A stretch of DNA of 63,581 nucleotides, filler included, from Stramenopiles sp. TOSAG23-3 (Eukaryota): assembly GCA_900128585.1 (NCBI GenBank). It is 25 parts of 25 records of this genome, joined end to end, with 100 filler letters (N's around TTAATTAATTAA, not from the genome) between each part and the next. Parts side by side here need not be neighbours in the genome. Positions count along the whole stretch, not along the records: positions 33,234 to 35,677 come from LT644806.1; positions 35,778 to 38,220 come from LT644807.1; positions 38,321 to 40,763 come from LT644808.1; positions 40,864 to 43,306 come from LT644809.1; positions 43,407 to 45,847 come from LT644810.1; 20 more parts are not named here. The stretch is one strand, 5' to 3'. The position numbers and the translations under genes are program-made. Shown piece by piece: positions 33,645 to 43,932 of this stretch. Position 1 is the first letter of the stretch; each line of letters opens with the position of its first letter. The notes below the pieces were generated by a model. The model was not told where the DNA came from, searched no databases, and saw only the letters and a program-made list of their open reading frames with translations.

Positions 33645-35677
33645 TTATAACCTTCTTGCTTTCCATGGCATCAATACCCCTTCTGCCTCTTGCTCTTCCC
33701 TTAGTTTTTTTGTTCTGTTTATTCGATCGCTTTGCAAAAACGCTGGAAAACTCAGCGAAGGCGCCCTGTAACCGCAAGTTATTGGAACGTTTCTATGAGA
33801 AATGCTTGAACGTCCGAGGCTTCCGTCCTCAATAGTCACAACAGACATAGATGTGCTCGGGCGTAGAATATCACTTTGAAACATTATCTTTGACGAAGAT
33901 GGAAGCAACGAGCTCCCTGACGAAACACTCGTTCGCATTCGAGGAGGCGTTTGCTTCGGTGAAGAAGACAGGGCAAACGAAGAATTGTAGGGCCTAAATG
34001 ATTTGCTCTCAGAAAACTGTTCCAAACTTGAATTATCAACCAAGGACGGGCTTGTAACCCAACCTGTACGTCCTGGCGCGGATTGCTGCCGGGTATTCGG
34101 TCGAAACCTTTTGCCCCCTTTTCGTTGCCCAGGAAGCGCTGTAGAGGACCGCAAATTTGCAGACTGGTTCGAGGCAACGACGGGGCTGTTTGGACTTTTG
34201 GCAAACAGCGCGTGCAAGGAGATTAGCCTGCTGTCTTTTGGGGACAACGGAAATTGCATCTGATTAATGTCCTCAATGGCCTTGATATCTTTCTCTTTCT
34301 TTAGTGTCAAGGACCGGGTAGGGGACAGGGAGCGAAGTAAATTTGCCCTGCTCTTCTGTCTTGGTTTGTTACCCCGGACCAAAGCCTTTTTCTGCTTTCT
34401 ATGCTGCCTTTGCCTCTGCTTCCCCTGCGCCTCGTGCTTTCCCTCGCTCTGCTTAATCCAATCTGAGTGGCTGGTGAGCAATGGGAGCTTCGAACCATCC
34501 ACAACTGCTTCGAAAGTACGTGCCGCATCCGAAGTAAACGCCCTCGTCTTTTGCTCCATTCCGTACCGTTTTAATTTCCTGTACTGGTAGAATGGATCAT
34601 GACGACACTTCCCCCCTTCTCTCTCAAACGTCTTGCTTGACTTATTGTACGATGCCTTCGCCTCAAGCAATGGCGATGTAAGTTCGACATTGTTCTCGAA
34701 GCGATTTTTCTCCGTGCTCCTCCCCGCCTTCGGTTTGGGAAACGACATGTGATCCACCGAATACTCGCTTCGCGGCCCGTCGGTGGCTTGCAGTTTCAGA
34801 AACTTTACGTCTTGGACAAACGCCGATCGAAATTTTATAAGTTTTTCTTTCAAAGCGTCATGCGTTTTTCGACGGCTCTCCAAAATATGAAAAATGCTGT
34901 CCACCGTTTTGTACCCCGAATGAATAACTTTCTCGTAGTGGCTTTTCGAAAGGTACAGTATTTTGGTTTTCATCTGAGAGACGGATGTGCTTGTTTCCCT
35001 AGCAAGGTCTTCCGGGGAGAACTTTGCGCTCCGTCCGCCTTGCAGCTCGGGTGAAGACTGAATGACGATCGGCAGGGCCCCCAAAAGGCTTCCAGATGGT
35101 AGCGTCGACATGAGCTGTCGCTTTCCGCCAATTCTTTGCCACTGCGCAACGCTTCCCGTCATGACCATCATCAAGCTGGAAGATACTTCTCCTTCCCTCA
35201 GTATAACAGACCCTGCTGGGAAGTGCTTCTCTTTCATGTGAAACACCAGCCAGCCCAAACGATCGTCCGGCCAGTCTCTGAAGATTGAGGACTGCTTGAG
35301 GGCCACAAACCGGTCGTGAAAATTTGCGGCCACGCCGTTTATTCGGATGAAATCCTTTGCACTGATCCGAATAAGATCGCATTCGAATTGCGCGATGGCC
35401 GTAGCCACCCTCATCTGGACGCCTTCCAGCGCGATATGACCGGCGCATTCGTTTACATTGATCTCGTACGAGTGCAAGGTGGTCCCCTTTGTTCTTCCAT
35501 TCTTTGAACGGTGGGATTTTTCTTCGACTTTTCCTTGCAGTATAACAAAGGCGGCCCTCGCCGGCTGGTTTATGGAGTACAAAACCCCGGACTTGGCCAC
35601 GTATTTGAAACTCATAACTCTGCATAGTTCGGTCGTTTGGTGGGGCGCCCATTCTGAGCAGTACTTTTTAAAGAAAT
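33645..35677 (-). CDS. Cyclic-nucleotide-binding domain protein (two CNB-like domains plus disordered tail), 5'-truncated
   Basis: FVILQGKV...GHIALEG...RVATAIA and FPAGSVILREGE...MVMTGSV...GSLLG. Confidence 0.8.
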
Positions 35678-35777
35678 NNNNNNNNNNNNNNNNNNNNNNN
35701 NNNNNNNNNNNNNNNNNNNNNTTAATTAATTAANNNNNNNNNNNNNNNNNNNNNNNNNNNNNNNNNNNNNNNNNNNN

Positions 35778-36153
35778 AAAAAAGCTGAAGGAGAAAGAGG
35801 AGCAAGATCTGCAAAGAAAACGGTTGCAGGACGAGGACAAGAGGAGGCGAGTTATGGAAAAATTACGGGAGGAAGAAATGTCTCGGCGGAAGAAAAAAGA
35901 GGAATTAGCTCGAAAGTCAAAAGAGGAGGAATGGAAGAAAGCCCAAAAGCGCACGGACCGCAACGAGAAGCGAACTGGGGGCGGGTGGGTAGTTCAATTT
36001 GCAAAATCCGGAGGGTGGGTAGGAGATGCTCAGCCTGTGCCTACGGAAAGATCAAAGCCGGAACGGACAGATACTTCCCAAAGTGGGGGCACGGAGAAAT
36101 TCAAGGACTTGGAATTGTTAGATGCACCCCGTCCCTTTGGGGGGAAAATGTAA
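35778..36153 (+). CDS. C-terminal fragment of a coiled-coil protein
   Basis: E/K/R-rich frame open from the contig start to TAA 36153. Confidence 0.6.
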
Positions 36154-36310
36154 AGACATATTTCCCTCGAAGTACTAGTACTAAGTACTTTTGGACCAAC
36201 AAAGCTTTCGAAAGGCAATTAAAACGACGTAATCTAAATAGTCAGAGCATAAATTTCAGTTTAATTGAAAACAAAATTACAGAACCAAGTTAGGATTAGG
36301 GTATGAAGCT

Positions 36311-36410
36311 AAATTTAATTACTTACTACGAGGAAATAACAGCCAATTTTCTTGTTTTTTTTAATTGAAAAAACCAAATTATATAGTATGATTCTTCAGA
36401 ATTAAAATTT
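36311..36410. terminator. Imperfect palindrome of reverse motif A plus motif B between convergent genes
   Basis: AAATTTAATTACTTA...AAATAACAGCCAATTTTCTTGTTTTTTTT-AATTG-AAAAAACCAAATTATATAGTATGATTCTTCAGAATTAAAATTT; terminator function is inferred only. Confidence 0.4.
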
Positions 36411-36458
36411 ATTTACACAAGCGCACAAGAGCTTAATTTTTAATGTGTATGTTTTAAG

Positions 36459-38220
36459 TTACTGCGGCGCTCCTTCCGAGTGCGACGTAGTTCGCCTCAA
36501 AATCGGCCCGTCACCAGCAAGGTCGAGGAGGGCAGCTGGAGAACTGTGGCGCAGCATGCTAGTGTCGAATGATTTATGCCTTTTCCACGACATTCTTACC
36601 ATCGTCGACGTGCTTCGACACAAGTCCGAGTATGAATCGTCGACCATTGCGACGTACCCTCTTGGCTCACAAAAGGCTGGGTGCTTATGAAAAAATTGTT
36701 TGTAGCCACCCTCAATCAAATACAGTTGTGGGTAGTAAAGCTTAGGGTACTCCTCCTCATGAATTTTGCGGTCTAAACTGCGCACCGCTTTCATTAGCTT
36801 AGGAGCACGGTGACTGCTGAATTCACAGTGAAATAGTATGCACGTGTTTTCATCGTAGTTTGAATTCTTGAAAAAGACTTCCACAGCGTCTTCCGGACGG
36901 ACCAAGTTTAGTGCACCCCGTATGTGTCCACCTTTGTATTCGTACTCAAACCGACAATCAACAATTACATACTTCTTGACGGTAGAGGAAAACCCACCCT
37001 TCAACAGCCTTGCCAGGGTATCGCATGATATTTGTTTCAATTGATAACCGTCATCGGTGTCGACAGTCGGCAGCAAAGAATGGTCCGCATCCATGTCTGG
37101 AATAGGCGTTTCGCTGCCCCCCCTGTCTTTCTCGTCGGAGAGGCCGCACACGTCAATGTTTCCCGGGTGACTTAAGTTCGCGTTCGAATCGAAGGGTGCA
37201 TCATCCATTGCACTCGGACGCAACGGCTTAAATCGTTCAGGCAGTGTCGTCACATTCAGCAGGGGACTCGCAGATCTGTCGCGGTTGCGTCGCCTTGAGC
37301 CTTTTGAGCGTCGAAATTTCTGTTTCAAAATAGGGCTGGTGGCCCTGATCAGCGGCGGAACATTAAGCTGAAAGCCTTCTGATCCTCCACCTCCACCGCC
37401 CGGGGAACAGTCAGAGGGCCCGAAAAGAGAGCGCTGTTGCCGAAAATGCTTTGGCGGGGATGGAACGACAAAGTCCTTGTCTTTGGCGACCAGTCCCAGG
37501 TCACAACTGACCGATCGGAGACCGGAGGGCCTAGCGCCAATACCACTGCTGTCCGTGCCTTGGTCTCCCGACCCTGCAGCGGCGTACTTCGCAATTATTT
37601 TGGGAGGAGGGGCCTGCACGTGGAACGATTTCGAGTGGCGCCTTTTCTTAAGGCACTTCAATTTCCCTTTGGGGTCGGAATTTGCATCAAGAGTGCTATT
37701 TGTATTCGCGGCAACTTCAAAATCAATATCGTTGTCGGCATTGTCCGCTATTTGAGGGGTCAATTTTTCTATCCCATCCAGTGTTCGCGACCGGACAAAG
37801 TCGGGCCGTATCCAGTTCTTTTCTGAAAGGTTGCTCGAAGAAACACCTAGCCTGGAAACCGCGGCCGAGGAATCCTTTTCAATGCTTTTGTTGTCAACAT
37901 TTTTATTACCATTTTCTTCAAGAGCAATAGCTTTCTCTAGATTTTTGTCCACGTACGGGTGAAATCTCGCCCTTTCCCGCGAGTAGGGAAAATTTACCGG
38001 ACTGTTCAAACTCATCCTGTTAAATAGTGGGGACGCCAAGCTTCGCGAAGAGTTCTTGAGTTCCGCAACTATGGGGGGGACTATTGCCTTTGGGCGCTTT
38101 ACTTCTAATTCCCCCCCTGTCTCTTTTTCACAAGTTTTCGAACCATTATTTACAGTTTGATCGTGGACTTCCCCGTCAAGAACAAAATTCAATTTGGCCA
38201 CGGGCGAGGGAGAGACCGTC
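36459..38220 (-). CDS. CDC25: M-phase inducer phosphatase Cdc25, 5'-truncated
   Basis: IVDCRFEYEYKGGHIRGA, HCEFSSHRAP (HCX5R), DR...YPKLYYPQLYLIEGGYKQFF; long S/P-rich N-terminus. Confidence 0.96.
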
Positions 38221-38320
38221 NNNNNNNNNNNNNNNNNNNNNNNNNNNNNNNNNNNNNNNNNNNNTTAATTAATTAANNNNNNNNNNNNNNNNNNNNNNNN
38301 NNNNNNNNNNNNNNNNNNNN

Positions 38321-38449
38321 AGAAAAAGAAAAAGAAAAAGAAAAAGAAAAAGAAAAAGAAAAAGAAAAAGAAAAAGAAAAAGAAAAAGAAAAAGAAAAAA
38401 AAGAAAAAGAAAAAGAAAAAGAAAAAGAAAAAGAAAAAGAAAAAGAAAT
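38321..38449 (+). repeat. (GAAAAA)n microsatellite
   Basis: About 21 near-perfect hexamer units. Confidence 0.97.
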
Positions 38450-39142
38450 AAAAGGATCTTTCTTTCAATTCCTTACTTCTTCCTTCAAAGTAGACAGACG
38501 ACTACGAAATTTAAATTTAATAATTATTTATGAAGAGGTTGGTTTCTTTTTCTTTCTTTGTTTTCTTTGTTGTTCTCTTTCTTTCTTTCTTTTCTTTGAC
38601 TTAAATTAATAAAATATTTTAACCAATTGGATTATTTAATTAATACTACACAGCTTCGCTAAAAGTTAACTTCTGTTTTCAAAATGTACTTTTCAATATT
38701 TTAAGTATATAATATATTATACTTATTTAATAATTTGTTATCCTATTTATAATTTCAAACCTTCTCTCTTTATGTCATTGCAACCATTCAACACTATTTT
38801 TTTATTAAATATATAATTAAAAAGAAAGAAGAAAGAGAGAATCCGAATTAAATTATTTATTCATTATTTAGTTCTATTTTAAATTACTTACTTACTACTA
38901 CTACACAGTAAGTACAAACAACAACTGCATGAACGGAATGAATGTAAAATAGACCTTTTTTCGTTTCTTCTTTCAATCAATCTTTTTATTTTTTCCTTTT
39001 CGTTTGGAGACTTTAGTACGTTTTGAGAGAAAAAGAAACGAATCGAATAGAAAGCTTTCCGCGAAGGATACTTAAACCGTAGTAAATACATAAATAACGA
39101 TTTGAACACTCAACAAGTGCCTCACACGATTTCAATAATACA

Positions 39143-39619
39143 ATGTCGCAAGGACAACAAGACCAGGGTGGTATTCCCATCGAGTCCCTTCCGTTAGATC
39201 AGCTTATGAACATAAAGAAAAACCTTGACCAAGAACAGACGGCGCTGATCAAGAATTTTGAGCAGTTAAAACTAGCAATGAACCGTTTCCAACGCTCGAA
39301 ACGCGCGGTCAAAAGTCTAGCTGAAACAGAAGTAGGATCGCAAACACTTATCCCTTTGACCAACGCAATGTACGTCCCGGCGAAGACGAGTCAAGTCGAC
39401 AAAGTCATGGTGCAGCTCGGGACTGGGTATTACACTGAAAAGAACGCCAAAGGGGCACAAGAATTTTTCGATCGTAAATGTGGATTTTTGAAAGCCCGTG
39501 CAAAAGAGCTGGAGATCTTGATCCGACAGAAACAGCAGAACGCGAAGCAAGTCATGCAGGTATACCAACAGAAAGTTAAGCAGCAGGCAGAGATGAACGC
39601 GAAGCAAGCAAGTGCCTAA
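39143..39619 (+). CDS. PFDN5: Prefoldin subunit 5 (alpha type)
   Basis: LIPLTNAMYVPA...KVMVQLGTGYYTEK...A.EFFDRK between two coiled-coil helices. Confidence 0.95.
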   Translation: MSQGQQDQGGIPIESLPLDQLMNIKKNLDQEQTALIKNFEQLKLAMNRFQRSKRAVKSLAETEVGSQTLIPLTNAMYVPAKTSQVDKVMVQLGTGYYTEKNAKGAQEFFDRKCGFLKARAKELEILIRQKQQNAKQVMQVYQQKVKQQAEMNAKQASA

Positions 39620-39940
39620 TTTTGTACACAACTCGGCGGCGAACGACACGTTGCATCGTGTGTGCGTGTTTTTGAGGTTGAGGGATTTGTGATCGTGGGA
39701 CGGCAGACAGACACAGAGACCATCGTTTGTGCTTAGGAAGGGGATGAAGGACGCCCATGGGAGGGTGTGGTGAGCAAAACCGATGATGGACCGAACGGTT
39801 TTCTTGAATTCTGTTCGTTCTACCCGTGCGTGTTAAGCTTTAAAAAAAAATCCAGTGTTATCCTAAGAAAATTATATAATAAAACAAATTTAATATTACA
39901 CACGTTCAACAAGAAAATTGACTGTTATTATATAAACGTT

Positions 39941-40245
39941 TAAAAGCAAAAAATTGGCTGTTATTTAAGTAGTTAAAATTTATCTTCTTCGTGTACCGCG
40001 AATGTGAATCTGCTCCTCTGTCCATTAAAAGGTTTGTTTCCTTCAAATGTACTGCGAAACCTTTATCTCTGTTCCTGTGATTTTCTTTAATCAATTTACT
40101 CTTGTCACGTAGTCTTGACTGATTTATCATTCTCTGGTGTACTCCATGCATAATCCGAATTGGTATTTTGAACCTCCGGCGATGTCAAATGAATCGTGAT
40201 CAACTTCCTCATCCGATATCTCACTCAGTGTGATTTTTCAAGCAT
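39941..40245 (-). repeat. Dispersed repeat family copy 3 (motif A followed by reversed body), more diverged
   Basis: Its reverse complement aligns to 32600-32850, including TGAGTGAGATATCGGAT and TATGCATGGAGTACA. Confidence 0.85.
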
Positions 40246-41093
40246 TAAAAAAACCTAATTACAAAGTTTAATCTTAACCTGGGTCAAATGACTCAATATA
40301 GGTCACCGCTGTTTGGAAGAGAAAATAGATTGAAAAAGGAGAACAGCATTATAGAAAAAGAACTTGGTGATATTTTTTTTCTGTTTGAGAAAATAGAGGG
40401 AAAAATAGGGGAACAACACACTATCAAAAACGAATTTAGACTAAGGTAAAATCATAGTTATAGTATTTAAAAAAGAACTTGGTGAGATTTGTTTTGAATA
40501 GACGACATCAGGTTGGTTATAGGGTTATTGAAGACACAGAAAACAGACACCGTCTGATGAATGAGGTTATAATTAGGGTTATCAAACAGGCACAGTAAAA
40601 AAAATAACCAACAGGAGTGAAAACTCCTGGTAATATATATATATTAACTATAGCAAGTTCTCTTCCTGTTCTACTACCTTCCATCAATCGTGTTCCAATT
40701 AGGGTTTTCAAACAGACACAGTTAAAATATATAACCAACAAGGAGTTAAACCTTGTCCGATTGNNNNNNNNNNNNNNNNNNNNNNNNNNNNNNNNNNNNN
40801 NNNNNNNTTAATTAATTAANNNNNNNNNNNNNNNNNNNNNNNNNNNNNNNNNNNNNNNNNNNNAGAAGAAGAAGTCCATTTGCAGATTTAGTACATTAGC
40901 TTGCTAATAAGCGAAAACACCAAAAACATACACAACAAGAAAGAAACGAATAGATTTGATGAATTTTAGACCAGAACATACATTGTTTTGTAAATTTAAT
41001 TTTATCTAGTTTTATAGAATTTTACGGTGCGTTTAAGAAGACAATTTCTTTTCCGCTCGTTCCTTTCCTCCGTGTATATATATAACAATCTCA

Positions 41094-42914
41094 ATGCCAA
41101 CCGCTTCTGCTGCAGCCCTTCCGTCGTGGTCGGCACCTGCCCGTCCCAAGGTGACGAGGAAGAAAAAAAAATCCCGGGTCAAGGTGTTACTGAAGAAAAA
41201 GGCAAATTTAGCTGCAAAAAAGAATGTCGATTCTAAGAACCGAGGGAATAAAAGGTATAAAGCCGAGGAAATAAAAAAAAGGAAGCAGGGCATTAAAAGT
41301 AGTCGACCAGCGACCAAGACGACAACAGCCGCTGCTCGGACAAAAAAAATAGTTTCGATCGGACGGATCCCTGCTCGAGCAAACGTCGCAAGTTCACAGC
41401 GCACGGCGGTAAGGGAGAACCAACAGCTTGCGAAAAAGCAGGACCATGGGGGGGGAAAACTCGTCATTAACATTCCCCAGATGACCCCAGAAAAAGATTG
41501 TATTCCTGGACCGTCGCACCGCGCGTACTCAGACGCTTTGGTAACCTACGATGAAATTTTGGCTTCGTTTGCCGGGGCTGCCGTGGACCCTAACCCTGCC
41601 GTTAGTGAGGGTGCACAGATTGGTGCAGAGGGAAATGAACTGCCGCCTCTACCAGCATCGTTTCAAAACCCAGGAGAATATTTTCGGTTTGTACTCGCTG
41701 ATGTCTGCACACCCGGGAAAGCCCCCGCGGTGGCTGCACCAGAAGCCCCCGCTCCGAATTACCATTACAGTAGAGGTAGCAACGATATAGGAGAGAGTGA
41801 ACATACGAGGCAAATGAAGGCAAAAATATTGCAGAGGGCGGAAGATTTGGCTTCTTCAAAACACACACACAAAAAAACTGGTACCAATAGTGAGGAAGCT
41901 GACACCAAAGTAGGTAAAATGAAGCTGAAGAAGAAAAAAAAGAGGAAAAAGAAATCGGGGGCCAAGGGGACTAAGAAACGATCAAAGACGCTAACCAAGA
42001 AAAAGTCCAAAAAGAAGGTGTCTAAAAAGAAGAAGAAGGCCAGCGTAGAAGCCAAGCCCTCGGTTAGCGATTTTAAGCGTGCACTAGCTCAGGGCACAGA
42101 TAAATCCGACAATAATAGTAAAGACACGACGGGAAAAAAGTTAGATTTTGAAGCGATCGAGTTGGTGAACCTGGATGACACTGAGGTCAACGAACTAGTG
42201 AACACGGAACGGAGTGACGTGGCAAGCGTTGGGTTTGACACCCCTCACGGCCCCAGTCGCGTCAAGAAAACAGACGACTCAGAAAACAGAAACGTTAGTC
42301 TAGAAATGCCAGACGATAGCACAAATCAAGAGCATCAGTTTGTCGCACCATCAAATGCGAAGCCTGCGGATACAAATGTAGCAGCTGACCCGGTCGGTCC
42401 GCCCCCCGCACCATCCGCTAAACCAACTTCAATCGCACCCCCCGCTGTCGTAGACGCGCAGAAAGACGGTGATACGGCGGCATATGGTGCAGAGTCGACC
42501 TTCTCCATGCCTTTCTCTGAGGCAAAAGACCTGGGAAGCACCGCTTCGTTCAATATGACATGTAATTTTTTTCGCCAAGAAGACCAAGAGAATATACCTA
42601 CTGCCAATAGACAGGGTTTGGCAAAAACTACGCCAGATTGGATTAGACGAAAAGAAAAAGAAGTCAAGGACAGGCGAAGAAGAAATGCTGAGAACAACAA
42701 ACGAAAAAAAGTGAGGAAAAAGAGTGGCGCGTTTTCAACTCTTGGACGCCTAGCATTAGTGATTTCCCCACCAAGTGACAGGGGCAATATTTCCGGGGGA
42801 ACAGTCTCTCCAATGTACACTCCATGGAAAAAGGATGGAAATGATCAGAAACTTAGCATAGCCTCTCGAATGATGATGTTGAAGCAAAAACAACGCTTCA
42901 TGCGCCAAAGATGA
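41094..42914 (+). CDS. Hypothetical K-rich disordered protein
   Basis: 606-aa ATG-initiated ORF flanked by AT-rich DNA; no domain recognised. Confidence 0.7.
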   Translation: MPTASAAALPSWSAPARPKVTRKKKKSRVKVLLKKKANLAAKKNVDSKNRGNKRYKAEEIKKRKQGIKSSRPATKTTTAAARTKKIVSIGRIPARANVASSQRTAVRENQQLAKKQDHGGGKLVINIPQMTPEKDCIPGPSHRAYSDALVTYDEILASFAGAAVDPNPAVSEGAQIGAEGNELPPLPASFQNPGEYFRFVLADVCTPGKAPAVAAPEAPAPNYHYSRGSNDIGESEHTRQMKAKILQRAEDLASSKHTHKKTGTNSEEADTKVGKMKLKKKKKRKKKSGAKGTKKRSKTLTKKKSKKKVSKKKKKASVEAKPSVSDFKRALAQGTDKSDNNSKDTTGKKLDFEAIELVNLDDTEVNELVNTERSDVASVGFDTPHGPSRVKKTDDSENRNVSLEMPDDSTNQEHQFVAPSNAKPADTNVAADPVGPPPAPSAKPTSIAPPAVVDAQKDGDTAAYGAESTFSMPFSEAKDLGSTASFNMTCNFFRQEDQENIPTANRQGLAKTTPDWIRRKEKEVKDRRRRNAENNKRKKVRKKSGAFSTLGRLALVISPPSDRGNISGGTVSPMYTPWKKDGNDQKLSIASRMMMLKQKQRFMRQR

Positions 42915-42934
42915 TGAAAAAATACGACGCGGAA

Positions 42935-43278
42935 TAAAAACAAGAAAATTGGCTGTTATTTAAGAGTGTGTAATTAAAATTAATGTACTGCACTGACTGC
43001 GAACTGAACTCTAGATTTAGACATTCAAGGTTTACATTCCTTCGTGTACTGCGAAGTTATCTTTTCTCTTTTGGTTTTACAAAAAAAACAAATTATATTG
43101 GTTATTATTTGGTTTTACTAATCGATATACCCTTGTCACTTACTGTTGACTATTATTGTCAGGTGTACTCCATGCATAATCTGGAATGTTTAGTAGATTT
43201 CAGTTCGCAGTACAGCCAATTTTCTTGTTTTCAATTTTAAAAAACAAATTATATAGTAACTTCTAAAGATTAAATTTT
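42935..43278 (-). repeat. Dispersed repeat family copy 4 (motif A, reversed body, then reverse-A/B palindrome)
   Basis: Motif A at 42935; TACCCTTGTCACTTA...GTGTACTCCATGCATAATC; reverse A at 43212-43231; B at 43237-43278. Confidence 0.85.
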
Positions 43279-43932
43279 CAACGCATATTTTCTTTTAGTC
43301 GCCTCCNNNNNNNNNNNNNNNNNNNNNNNNNNNNNNNNNNNNNNNNNNNNTTAATTAATTAANNNNNNNNNNNNNNNNNNNNNNNNNNNNNNNNNNNNNN
43401 NNNNNNATACATTGAATAACGTTGAAATACATTGGATTGGAAGAAAAAAAAGAATGAACTTTTATTTGATGCTGTGTTTATATTAATATTAAAATAAATT
43501 AATGAATGGCACCACGCTCCCTCTATTTTTTAATTTAATAATAATTTTATGCTGTGTCGTGTTGTTTTTTTGGATAATTCTTAAATCTATTTTATTATTA
43601 CATGTATTATTTTTTATTACTTACTGTATTATTATTATATTTTTTTTTATTTTTTTGTTCTTTTTGTTTATTATTATATTTGTTTTTTGGGGGAGGATGA
43701 GGATTTCCCTCGATAATATATGATGATCATCGTGGTGCAAGATGCGATTCATTGAATTGCGCGTACATACTTCAACGATAACAAACAAAATTTAATTCGA
43801 CGGACATAAAACCACCAGTAACACGCACAACTGCAAACAGTGGATTCAGTAATTTGCTACACAATAACTCCCCCCCCCCCCCCGTCGAACCGCCTTCTCA
43901 ACTGTTGCTCCTCGCAAAAATATCCGAACATC

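Noticed and set aside
40573-40704. TTAGGG as telomeric sequence
   Set aside because: Isolated single hexamers, not tandem
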